Below are positions 38,676 to 48,911 of a DNA stretch of 58,029 nt, piece after piece. The DNA lies in the NCBI GenBank assembly GCA_022729755.1, contig DZAZ01000004.1, forward strand, positions 1 to 58,029. Direction: 5' to 3'. The translations under genes and the position numbers were made by a program. The notes below the pieces were generated by a model that was not told the origin of the DNA, made no database searches, and saw only the letters and a list, made by a program, of their open reading frames with translations. The DNA comes from Helicobacter cetorum. GTDB lineage: Bacteria > Campylobacterota > Campylobacteria > Campylobacterales > BB28. How positions within the stretch are numbered: position 1 is the first letter of the stretch; every line of letters starts with the position of its first letter.

Positions 38676-39862
38676 ATGAGTGAAAAATTAATATTTGCAG
38701 AAAATAAAAAAAACACACAAGAAATAAGTAATGAGTTTTGGAAAATTTTAATTGTAGATGATGAAGAAGATATTCATATTGTGACTAAATTTGCATTGGA
38801 AGATTATATTTTTGAAAATAAAAAATTAAAATTTATAAATGCTTATAGTGCAAAAGATGCAAAAAATATTTTAAAAAATGAGAATGATATCTCAATAATT
38901 CTTTTAGATGTTGTAATGGAAGAGAATGATGCTGGATTAAAACTTATAAAATATATTAGAGAAGAGTTAAAAAATAAATTTTTAAGAATAATTTTAAGAA
39001 CAGGGCAACCTTGGGTTGTACCTGAAAATGAAGTAGTTTTAAAATATGACATAAATGCTTATAAAGCTAAGACAGAATTAACCGACAAAAAACTTTTTAC
39101 AGTTGTTACGACTGCACTTCGTTCATATAGAGATTTAATAAAAATAGTAGAACAAGAACAAATCTTAAGCAAACAAGCTAAATTTGTAGCAATGGGCGAA
39201 ATGATAGATGCAATCGCACATCAATGGAAACAACCATTAAGTGTTATAAGCCTTTATGCTTCGATTATTCCACTAAAACATATGGATAATGAGTGTACGG
39301 ATGAGGAAGCACAAAGAGTTAGTGATGATATTTTATTTCAAATTAGACATTTAAGCGAAACATTAGAAGAGTTTAGAGGTTTTTTTAGACCAAATAAAAA
39401 TAAAATAAAATAAAATTTAAAATACTAGATGTTATAAATTCTGTTTTAATTTTATTAAAAAATGACATTATTTCAAATAAGATAGAAATAGAAATTCAAG
39501 ATAGCGAAATATCAACTTATGGTTATCCAAATGAGTTAAAACATGTCATTTTAAATATTATAAATAATTCTAAAGATAATTTTAATGAACGAAATATAAA
39601 AAATAGAAAAATAAATTTTGAAATTGAAGAAGATAACGAATATACAACTATTTTTATTTGGGATAATGGTGGTGGAATTGATGAGGATATATTACCTAAA
39701 ATATTTAACTTAAATTTCACAACAAAAGAGGAAAATAGGGGAAGTGGGCTTGGGCTTTATATCTCTAAATTAATTGTTGAAAATAGTATGCAAGGCTCTA
39801 TTTTAACTAAAAATTTTAAATTAGGTGTAAAATTTATTACAAAGTTACCAAAAATTTATTAA
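38676..39862 (+). pseudogene. REC-histidine kinase interrupted by a +5 nt frameshift in a TAAAA repeat
   Basis: ORF stops at 39413 after the H-box (IAHQWKQPL). The HATPase (YPNELKHVILN, DNGGG, GSGLGL) continues in another frame to TAA at 39862. Confidence 0.88.
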
Positions 39863-39888
39863 AATAATGAAAAATTCAAGGAGAATTA

Positions 39889-40443
39889 ATGATAAAAGTT
39901 TTAATACCTTTAGCGAATGGTTTTGAAGAGATAGAAGCAGTAAATATTATTGATGTTTTAAGAAGAGCAGGAATTGAAGTTATAATTGCAGGAGTGGATG
40001 GGGATTTGATTGAGGGGGCAAATAAAATTTTAATTAAAAGTGAATGTTCGATTAATGAAATAAATTCAATTGATGATATTGATATGGTGGTTTTACCTGG
40101 AGGTTGGGGTGGAACAAATACTTTAGCACAAAATCAAAAAGTTCAAACTCTACTAAAAGAGATGAATGAAAAAGGCAAAAAAATTGGTGCAATTTGTGCA
40201 GCTGTATTTGCACTAGAAAAAGCTGGAGTTTTAAAAGATGGTTTTACTTGTTATCCATCAGTTGAAGACCAAATAAAAACAAAGGGTTACACTTCAACTC
40301 AAAAAGTTGTAACAACACAAAATATTATGACAAGTAGAGGTCCAGCAACGGCAATTTGTTTTGGATTGGCAATTGTAAAAAAATTGGTTGGTGAAGAGAG
40401 TTATCAACAGTTAAAAAGTGGCTTATTAGCCGATTATTGTTAG
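39889..40443 (+). CDS. DJ-1/YajL (ThiJ/PfpI) family protein
   Basis: GFEEIEA, LPGG, AICAA and TSRGPATA motifs. Confidence 0.93.
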   Translation: MIKVLIPLANGFEEIEAVNIIDVLRRAGIEVIIAGVDGDLIEGANKILIKSECSINEINSIDDIDMVVLPGGWGGTNTLAQNQKVQTLLKEMNEKGKKIGAICAAVFALEKAGVLKDGFTCYPSVEDQIKTKGYTSTQKVVTTQNIMTSRGPATAICFGLAIVKKLVGEESYQQLKSGLLADYC

Positions 40444-40459
40444 AAGGAGTTTAGTAAAG

Positions 40460-40831
40460 ATGTATTTGACAAATGAGAATGAACACGAATATAGATTTGG
40501 TGATAATGGACCAAAATACTTAGCAAAAGGTCCATTTATCGATATGGGAGTTGTAATTATTCAAGGTGGACAAGAGTTTGAAACTCATAAACACGTAAAA
40601 CAAGAAGAGTCATTTTTTGCACTTGAGGGTGAATGCGATGTTTATGTAGATGGAAAATTAGTAAAAATTAAAAAGGGTGATTATTTAAGATGTGACCCAA
40701 ATGAAGCTCACTACTTTAAAAACATAAGTGATAAGCCATTTAAAGCTGTATTTATAAAAGCTATTCATTCTCAAGAAAAAGATAGTGTTTATATCGATTG
40801 GAAACCAGATAAAGAGTTCATAAAAGAGTAA
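40460..40831 (+). CDS. Cupin domain protein
   Basis: HKH...EE.F..LEG and GD...CDPNEAHYFKN cupin motifs. Confidence 0.85.
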   Translation: MYLTNENEHEYRFGDNGPKYLAKGPFIDMGVVIIQGGQEFETHKHVKQEESFFALEGECDVYVDGKLVKIKKGDYLRCDPNEAHYFKNISDKPFKAVFIKAIHSQEKDSVYIDWKPDKEFIKE

Positions 40832-40860
40832 ATTTAAGAAAAAATTTACAAAAACTTAGA

Positions 40861-40979
40861 TACAATCACCCCCTTAAACTGAATGAAGAATTTTTGTAAA
40901 AGTTGGGAGCTTTTTCAAGGGTTGGTTTAATTCAGTCTCATTAAACCTGTTAGTTTAGTTAATTCCCATAGGAGAAAAT
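40861..40979 (+). promoter_or_regulatory. -10 box (TACAAT) and structured 5' leader of the alpha operon
   Basis: TACAAT at 40861; ~110-nt leader with a perfect GGTTTAAT/ATTAAACC stem and other complementary segments. Confidence 0.5.
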
Positions 40980-41093
40980 ATGAAAGTTAGGCCATCGGTT
41001 AAAAAGATGTGTGATAATTGTAAAATTATCAAAAGAAAAGGTGTTGTAAGAATAATTTGCACAAATCCAAAACATAAGCAAAGACAAGGATAA
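40980..41093 (+). CDS. rpmJ: 50S ribosomal protein L36
   Basis: Manual: [37 protein letters not shown]; zinc-ribbon form; not in the ORF track. Confidence 0.98.
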   Translation: MKVRPSVKKMCDNCKIIKRKGVVRIICTNPKHKQRQG

Positions 41094-41096
41094 GAA

Positions 41097-41459
41097 ATGG
41101 CAAGAATTGCTGGTGTTGATTTACCTAAGAAAAAGAGAATTGAATACGGACTTACTTACATATATGGAGTTGGTTTAACAACTTCTAGAAAAATTTTAGA
41201 TGCTGTTGGCATTTCATACAATAAAAGAGTTCACGAATTAAGCGAAGATGAAGCCGCAACTATTAGAAATTTCATTCAAGATAATGTTACTGTTGAGGGT
41301 GATTTAAGAAGAAAAGTTGCAATGGATATTAAAGCTTTAATAGAAATCGGGACTTATAGAGGTTTAAGACATAGAAAAAGTCTTCCAGTTAGAGGTCAAA
41401 AAACTAAAACGAATGCTAGAACTAGAAAAGGCAAGAAAAAAACTGTAGGTAGTGCATAA
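41097..41459 (+). CDS. rpsM: 30S ribosomal protein S13
   Basis: [10 protein letters not shown]...[15 protein letters not shown]. Confidence 0.99.
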   Translation: MARIAGVDLPKKKRIEYGLTYIYGVGLTTSRKILDAVGISYNKRVHELSEDEAATIRNFIQDNVTVEGDLRRKVAMDIKALIEIGTYRGLRHRKSLPVRGQKTKTNARTRKGKKKTVGSA

Positions 41460-41471
41460 AAGGAATAGTGT

Positions 41472-41861
41472 ATGGCAAAAAGAAAAGTTAGAAAAAAAGT
41501 TGTAAAGAAAAATATTGCAAGAGGTGTAGTGCATATTGCGGCTACATTTAATAATACTCTTGTTAGTGTAACTGATGAGATGGGTAATGCCATAGCTTGG
41601 AGTTCTGCAGGAAGTCTTGGCTTTAAAGGTAGCAAAAAATCTACTCCATTTGCGGCACAACAAGCAGCTGAAGATGCCATGAATAAAGCAAAAGAGCAAG
41701 GCATTAAAGAGGTAGGTATTAAAGTTCAAGGTCCAGGAAGTGGAAGAGATACTGCAGTTAAAAGTGTTGGTTCAATGGAAGGAATTAGAGTAATTTGGTT
41801 TAAAGATGTTACACCACTTCCACATAATGGTTGTAGACCACCTAAGAGAAGAAGAGTATAG
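41472..41861 (+). CDS. rpsK: 30S ribosomal protein S11
   Basis: ATFNNT...KKSTPFAAQ...[18 protein letters not shown]. Confidence 0.99.
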   Translation: MAKRKVRKKVVKKNIARGVVHIAATFNNTLVSVTDEMGNAIAWSSAGSLGFKGSKKSTPFAAQQAAEDAMNKAKEQGIKEVGIKVQGPGSGRDTAVKSVGSMEGIRVIWFKDVTPLPHNGCRPPKRRRV

Positions 41862-41869
41862 GAGATTAG

Positions 41870-42496
41870 ATGGCTAGATATAGAGGACCTGTTGAAAAAA
41901 TAGAAAGAAGATTAGGTGTTAGTTTAGAGCTTAAAGGTGAGCGAAGGTTAGCTGGTAAATCTGCACTTGAGAAAAGACCTTATCCACCAGGGCAACACGG
42001 ACAAAGAAGAACAAAAGTAAGTGAGTATGGGCTTCAATTAAAAGAAAAACAAAAAGCTAAATTTATGTATGGTATTCCTGAAAAACAATTTGGAAATCTC
42101 TTTCAAGAGGCAAATAGAAAAGATGGTAATACTGGAGAAAATCTAATTGCTTTACTTGAGCAAAGATTAGATAATGTAGTTTATAGAATGGGATTTGCTT
42201 CAACTAGAGCATTTGCTAGACAATTTGTAACTCACGGTCATATTTTAGTAGATGGAAAAAGAGTTAATATTCCTTCTTTTAGAGTAAGAGCTGGTCAAAA
42301 AGTTGAAGTTAAAGAATCAAGTAAAAATAATCTTCAAGTAAGAAGAGCATTAGAGCTTACTAATCAAACTGGAATGGTAAGTTGGGTTGATGTTGACAAA
42401 GAGAAGGTTTTTGGAATATTCACAAGAATTCCTGAGCGAAGCGAAGTTCAAATTCCAATAGAAGAAAGATTAATTGTAGAGTTATACTCTAAATAA
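41870..42496 (+). CDS. rpsD: 30S ribosomal protein S4
   Basis: MARYRGP...[14 protein letters not shown]...LIVELYSK. Confidence 0.99.
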   Translation: MARYRGPVEKIERRLGVSLELKGERRLAGKSALEKRPYPPGQHGQRRTKVSEYGLQLKEKQKAKFMYGIPEKQFGNLFQEANRKDGNTGENLIALLEQRLDNVVYRMGFASTRAFARQFVTHGHILVDGKRVNIPSFRVRAGQKVEVKESSKNNLQVRRALELTNQTGMVSWVDVDKEKVFGIFTRIPERSEVQIPIEERLIVELYSK

Positions 42497-42522
42497 AAAT
42501 TAAAATAAATGGGTGAATACTT

Positions 42523-43536
42523 ATGAATAATATTAAAACATCACCATATAAACCTACAAATATAGATATTAATATGATAGGCGACAATAAAGCACAAATT
42601 GTTGCTTATCCATTTGAAAGTGGTTATGGAATAACATTAGCACATCCTATTAGAAGACTTCTTTTAAGCTCTTCTGTGGGTTTTGCTCCAATTGCTATAA
42701 AAATCGATGGTGCAACACACGAATTTGATAGCGTTAGAGGAATGAGTGAAGATGTAGCTATTTTCATTATAAACTTAAAAAATATTAGATTTAAACTGAA
42801 AGATGGTGTAGAAAAAGCAATAGTGGAATATTCCTTTAAAGGTTCTAAAGAGATTAATGGAAGTGACCTTGAAACTGATGAAGTTGAAATTGTTACCAAA
42901 GATACTTATTTAGCAACAATTAATGAAGATGCTGCTTTGAAATTTTCTTTAATTATCGAAAAAGGAATAGGATATGTTCCTAGTGAAGAGATTAGAGATT
43001 TAGTAAAAAAAGAGGATAGTGGTTATATTGCTTTAGATGCTTTTTTTACACCTATCAAAAATGTGGTTTATGATATAGAAAATATTTTAATAGAAGATAA
43101 CCCAAATTATGAAAAAGTAATCTTTACAATTGTAACAGATGGTCAAATTGACCCCATTAATGCATTTAAAAATGCTTTAAGTGTTATGTATGAGCAAATG
43201 GAAGTTTTTAAAAAAGAGCTTGAAATAAATTCAGCAGATAAGTTTGAGATACAAGAAGATTTAGTTGAATTAAAAGTTTTGACTCAAAAAATTGAAGATT
43301 TAAATTTAAGTGCTAGAAGTTTCAATTGTTTAGATAGAGGTGAAATTAAATATCTTGGCGAACTTGCTTTAATGAATGAAACTGAACTTAAAGAAATTAA
43401 AAATTTAGGTAAAAAATCACTTGATGAAATTAAAGCTAAGTTAGATGAAGTTGGTTTTCCTGTGGAAAAAAGTTTAAATGAAGAGCTAAAAACAGCTTTA
43501 AGCAAAAAAATAAAAAAGTTAAAGTCAATAATTTAA
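42523..43536 (+). CDS. rpoA: RNA polymerase alpha subunit
   Basis: [19 protein letters not shown]; [12 protein letters not shown]...[10 protein letters not shown]. Confidence 0.99.
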   Translation: MNNIKTSPYKPTNIDINMIGDNKAQIVAYPFESGYGITLAHPIRRLLLSSSVGFAPIAIKIDGATHEFDSVRGMSEDVAIFIINLKNIRFKLKDGVEKAIVEYSFKGSKEINGSDLETDEVEIVTKDTYLATINEDAALKFSLIIEKGIGYVPSEEIRDLVKKEDSGYIALDAFFTPIKNVVYDIENILIEDNPNYEKVIFTIVTDGQIDPINAFKNALSVMYEQMEVFKKELEINSADKFEIQEDLVELKVLTQKIEDLNLSARSFNCLDRGEIKYLGELALMNETELKEIKNLGKKSLDEIKAKLDEVGFPVEKSLNEELKTALSKKIKKLKSII

Positions 43537-43548
43537 AAGGAAGAGATA

Positions 43549-43899
43549 ATGAGACATAGACACGGATATAAAACATTAAGTAGAGATGCATCTCATAGAA
43601 AAGCACTACTTAAAAATCTTTCTATCTCATTAATAAATTATGGTAAAATTGAGACTACTCTAGCTAAAGCTAAAGCACTTAGAAGTGTTGTTGAAAAATT
43701 AATTACAAAAGCTAGAAATGCTGATTTCAATACTCATAGAGCAGTTTTCAAAGAGCTTCAAAATAAAGAAGCTACCAAAAAATTAATTAATGAAGTAGGA
43801 CCAAAATATACTGAAAGAAATGGTGGATACACAAGAATTATAAAAACTAGACAAAGAAGGGGCGATGCTTCTCCAATGGCTTACATTGAGTTAGTATAA
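43549..43899 (+). CDS. rplQ: 50S ribosomal protein L17
   Basis: MRHRHG...IETTLAKAK...GGYTRI...RRGDA. Confidence 0.99.
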   Translation: MRHRHGYKTLSRDASHRKALLKNLSISLINYGKIETTLAKAKALRSVVEKLITKARNADFNTHRAVFKELQNKEATKKLINEVGPKYTERNGGYTRIIKTRQRRGDASPMAYIELV

Positions 43900-43917
43900 C
43901 TTCCTCTTTTTTTCTTT

Positions 43918-44502
43918 TTAACTTGTTGAATGAATAATATTTGCCTCTTGTTGAATTTTATTTTCAATACTGCTTCGTTCAAGTAATTTTGCATATTTTT
44001 GCTCTAATACATTCATAAGTTTAGTGAATATTTTTTCATTTGGTTGATTTTTGCAAACTCTTGCATCATACTCCTCTATTATACTTTTATACACTTCTAT
44101 AAAATCCATAACCATTCTAAGTACTAAATTTGATAACGTTGTATTTTTAATATCAATATCTCTTACAATTTGAAATACAAATATAAATATCGCCTTTTTT
44201 CTTTGGTCTAAATCATCACTTTTTATATATGCTCCCTCACCTCGCTCAACATAAATCATTCTATAAAGTGATGCTAAAATAGCATAATAAACTTCCTCTT
44301 TTTTTCTAGATTTTGTAGTCTTATCCGCTCTTTCAATCTCATTTATCATATCAGTAACAGTCACTCCCGTTGACCAATGTCTTACAATTTTATGTACTGG
44401 ATTAAAAATATCTGGATGTTCAGCTTTTATCCAATTATCTGGTGCTTTAATGCTACTAACAACTGTTTCAGTAGTTTCCTCTTTTTCTTTAAAAAAAGCC
44501 AT
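43918..44502 (-). CDS. Hypothetical protein (predicted helical, cytoplasmic)
   Basis: 194-aa ORF with RBS GGAGGG; no family recognised. Confidence 0.7.
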   Translation of the reverse strand: MAFFKEKEETTETVVSSIKAPDNWIKAEHPDIFNPVHKIVRHWSTGVTVTDMINEIERADKTTKSRKKEEVYYAILASLYRMIYVERGEGAYIKSDDLDQRKKAIFIFVFQIVRDIDIKNTTLSNLVLRMVMDFIEVYKSIIEEYDARVCKNQPNEKIFTKLMNVLEQKYAKLLERSSIENKIQQEANIIHSTS

Positions 44503-44628
44503 TCATCCCTCCATTTATAAACTTACATCTACTTGAATTATTTAAAATAATATCACACTAATTATAAGATGTAAATGATATTATCATTAGTATTTTTTTA
44601 TTTAATTGATAAGATATATTAATTATTG

Positions 44629-44634
44629 TATAAT
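44629..44634 (+). promoter_or_regulatory. Putative sigma70 -10 box of guaB
   Basis: Perfect TATAAT 22 nt upstream of the start codon. Confidence 0.5.
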
Positions 44635-44641
44635 CGCCTAA

Positions 44642-46102
<1,461 letters not shown>

Positions 46103-46105
46103 ATT

Positions 46106-46127
46106 AAAAGTAGTTAATCTACTTTTT
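46106..46127 (+). terminator. Probable intrinsic terminator after guaB
   Basis: AAAAGTAG-TTAAT-CTACTTTTT. Confidence 0.6.
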
Positions 46128-46254
46128 AAATTTTTCTACTATAACTAAAGCAAAAACTCCAATTAAAACTATTCAAATAAGGCTAAATTATATCAAAAAT
46201 ATGAAACTAAAAGTTTAAAGTTGTTAAAATGCAAAAAAACTTAAGGAGGCTTCA

Positions 46255-47202
46255 ATGAAAAAAACAAAGCAACTTGTACAAAATTTAAAATCAACGGTTG
46301 AAGAGTTAAAAGGTAAAAAATTAGATGAACAAATACAACAAACTCTTGCAAACTCTTTAGATGAAATTGAAGAGAGAATGAGTACTCTACACTCTAAAGA
46401 GGGACTTAAACAAATTTTACAAGCTAGAAAAATTAGTGCTGATAAGATAAAAAAACTTGTAGCATATGAAGAGGAGCTTGAAAAACTTCAAGTTGAACTC
46501 ATTAAACTTCAAAATTGGGGATTAGATAACAATAAAAGAATAGCCGTTATTTTTGAAGGAAGAGATACAGCTGGAAAAGGTGGTGCAATAAAGCGATTTA
46601 CTGAACACTTAAACCCTAGACACTATCGAGTAGTAGCACTTCCAAAGCCTAGCGATGTTGAAAAAGGGCAATTTTATTTCCAAAGATATATGAAAGAATT
46701 ACCAAATCCAGGTGAAATAGTATTTTTTGATAGAAGTTGGCACAATCGTGCCGTAGTTGAACCTGTTATGGGATTTTGCACTGATGTTCAATATCAAAGA
46801 TTTATGAGAGAAGCACCTGAATTTGAACATATGTTAATTGAAGATGGAATAATTTTGATTAAATTTTGGTTTTCTATCTCAAAAGAGGAACAACAACGAA
46901 GATTTGAGGGGAGAACTACAAATCCACTAAAGAATTGGAAACTCTCACCTGTTGATAAAAAAGCCCAAAATATGTGGGATAAATACACTCATTATAAAGA
47001 AGAAATGTTTGCAAAAACTCACACAAGTTACTCTCCGTGGATAATTATTAAAGCTGATGATAAGAAAAAAGCTAGACTTGAGTCTATTAGATATTTATTA
47101 TCTATGATAAATTATGAGGGTAAAAAAGATGCAAATGTATCGTTAAATCCTGACCCTGAAACTGTAAGTAGATACCATAGAGCAAATTTGCAATTAGATT
47201 AA
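46255..47202 (+). CDS. ppk2: Polyphosphate kinase 2
   Basis: FEGRDTAGKGG Walker A, FDRSW Walker B, WKLSPVD. Confidence 0.95.
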   Translation: MKKTKQLVQNLKSTVEELKGKKLDEQIQQTLANSLDEIEERMSTLHSKEGLKQILQARKISADKIKKLVAYEEELEKLQVELIKLQNWGLDNNKRIAVIFEGRDTAGKGGAIKRFTEHLNPRHYRVVALPKPSDVEKGQFYFQRYMKELPNPGEIVFFDRSWHNRAVVEPVMGFCTDVQYQRFMREAPEFEHMLIEDGIILIKFWFSISKEEQQRRFEGRTTNPLKNWKLSPVDKKAQNMWDKYTHYKEEMFAKTHTSYSPWIIIKADDKKKARLESIRYLLSMINYEGKKDANVSLNPDPETVSRYHRANLQLD

Positions 47203-47358
47203 TTTTAAATTAAAAAAAGTGTGAATTTATGTAAACTTTAATAAAATTGAATGTTTTGAATTGATTATTTTATCTATTATTAAATAAGCTTATTATATGC
47301 TTAGCCGTTATTAATTAAAATATTATTGCATATAAGCAATTTCTAGGAGGAAAGTTGA

Positions 47359-47997
47359 ATGAAACTTGGCTTTTTAGTTGATTTAAGCCTCTGTATGGGG
47401 TGTAAAGGTTGTGAAGTAGCCTGTAAGGTTGAAAACGATGTCCCAATTTCTAGTTGGAGACTTAGAGTGAAATATGTTGATGTTGGGGTTTTCCCTGATG
47501 TAAAAAGAACTTTTACTCCTCTTAGATGTAATCACTGCGAAAATGCTCCGTGTGTGAGAATTTGTCCAGTAAATGCACTTCATTATTTAGAAAATAAAAT
47601 TGTAAATATTGATAAAGAGAGATGTATTGGTTGTGCGGGTTGTGTTATGGCTTGTCCGTATGGTGCGATTTATATCGACCCTGAAACTAATACAGCTGAT
47701 AAATGTACATTTTGTGGGCATAGAGTTGCTACTGGCTTAATGCCATCTTGTGTTGTAACTTGTCCTGTTGGGGCTAATATTTTTGGTGATTTAGATGACC
47801 CAACAAGTTCTATTAGTAAATATGTAATGCAACATCAAGGCAATGTTGATGTTAGAAAACCAGAAAAAAATACTCATCCAAAACATTACTATGTTGAGGC
47901 TGGTCAAATTCATTTAAATCCGTTAGCTTCAAGAAGAGAAGAAGGATATGATTTATTTAATAATATTACTCACTTAAAACATGTTGGAGGTCACTAA
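47359..47997 (+). CDS. 4Fe-4S electron-transfer subunit (PsrB/TtrB/NrfC-like)
   Basis: Four Cys clusters: CMGCKGC..C, CNHCENAPC..C, CIGCAGC..C, KCTFC...C..C. Confidence 0.92.
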   Translation: MKLGFLVDLSLCMGCKGCEVACKVENDVPISSWRLRVKYVDVGVFPDVKRTFTPLRCNHCENAPCVRICPVNALHYLENKIVNIDKERCIGCAGCVMACPYGAIYIDPETNTADKCTFCGHRVATGLMPSCVVTCPVGANIFGDLDDPTSSISKYVMQHQGNVDVRKPEKNTHPKHYYVEAGQIHLNPLASRREEGYDLFNNITHLKHVGGH

Positions 47998-48899
47998 TGG
48001 TTGATGCAATTAGCGCAACAAATGCTCATGTAACACTTGATGTTGCACTACCTGGTGTTGTATGGGGTTGGATTATTACTATGAATATGTGGGCAAAATC
48101 AATTGCCACTGGAGTTGTATTTATTGGTGCATATATGATTGCAAAATATCCAAATAATACTAAAAGTTTTAAAATTTCAATGCCTATTATTTCATTGATT
48201 TTTATCCATATTACACTGCTTTTTACAGTGCTTGATTTACACCAAATGTTTAGGTTTTGGCATATATTTGTACATCCAAACTTCACTTCAGCAATTACAG
48301 TTGGAGCTTGGGCAGTAACTGGTTTTGTTGGATTTTTATTTTTAATGTTATATGCGCTTTTAATTAAAAAAGATGAAATGCTTTTTAAAGTTTTTATGTG
48401 GATAACATTTATTTTAGCAATTCCTTCAACACTTTATACAGCCGCAATTATGGGTGAATCTAATGCTAGAGAGCTTTGGCAAACTCCAACAGAGTTAATC
48501 TTAATGATGCTTTCAGCAACACTAGCAGGAAGTGCTACAATGCTTATCATTTCAGTATTAGCTAAAGTTGATGGAAAAATTCAAAAAGAGTTAGCAGGAA
48601 TTTTAGCACTTAGTGCAGCTTTATCATTTATGATTTATATGGGTGAGTACATTTTTGGACATATGAAAGCTGAAGATGTAGCAGTTACACTTCAAGCTAT
48701 TAAATCTGGTGGTGAGTATTCATCTATGTTTTGGATAGCTCAAAGTTTAGCATTTATTGTGCCTTTTATTTTAGTTTTCCTAGCTTACAAAAAGAAAGTA
48801 ACTTCACTTTTAGTTTTAGCTTCAGTTCTCTCTTTAATTGGACTTTGGATAACTAAACATGTTTGGTTAATTATTCCACAATTAATACCTATGAGTTAA
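47997..48899 (+). CDS. NrfD/PsrC-family membrane anchor
   Basis: Polytopic protein with DLHQMFRFWH and ARELW segments; lies between the Fe-S and Mo subunits. Confidence 0.88.
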   Translation: MVDAISATNAHVTLDVALPGVVWGWIITMNMWAKSIATGVVFIGAYMIAKYPNNTKSFKISMPIISLIFIHITLLFTVLDLHQMFRFWHIFVHPNFTSAITVGAWAVTGFVGFLFLMLYALLIKKDEMLFKVFMWITFILAIPSTLYTAAIMGESNARELWQTPTELILMMLSATLAGSATMLIISVLAKVDGKIQKELAGILALSAALSFMIYMGEYIFGHMKAEDVAVTLQAIKSGGEYSSMFWIAQSLAFIVPFILVFLAYKKKVTSLLVLASVLSLIGLWITKHVWLIIPQLIPMS

Positions 48900-48911
48900 G
48901 GAGTTTTCGGT

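Noticed and set aside
39523-39720. 65-aa minus-strand ORF
   Set aside because: Shadow of the frameshifted HATPase half on the plus strand.
41364-41729. Antisense ORFs over rpsM/rpsK, and similar short shadow ORFs across the window
   Set aside because: They lie opposite well-conserved genes and show no recognisable motifs; expected by chance.
47216-47239. Imperfect palindrome resembling a Crp/Fnr box upstream of the molybdoenzyme operon
   Set aside because: Only one half-site (TGTGA) matches the consensus.
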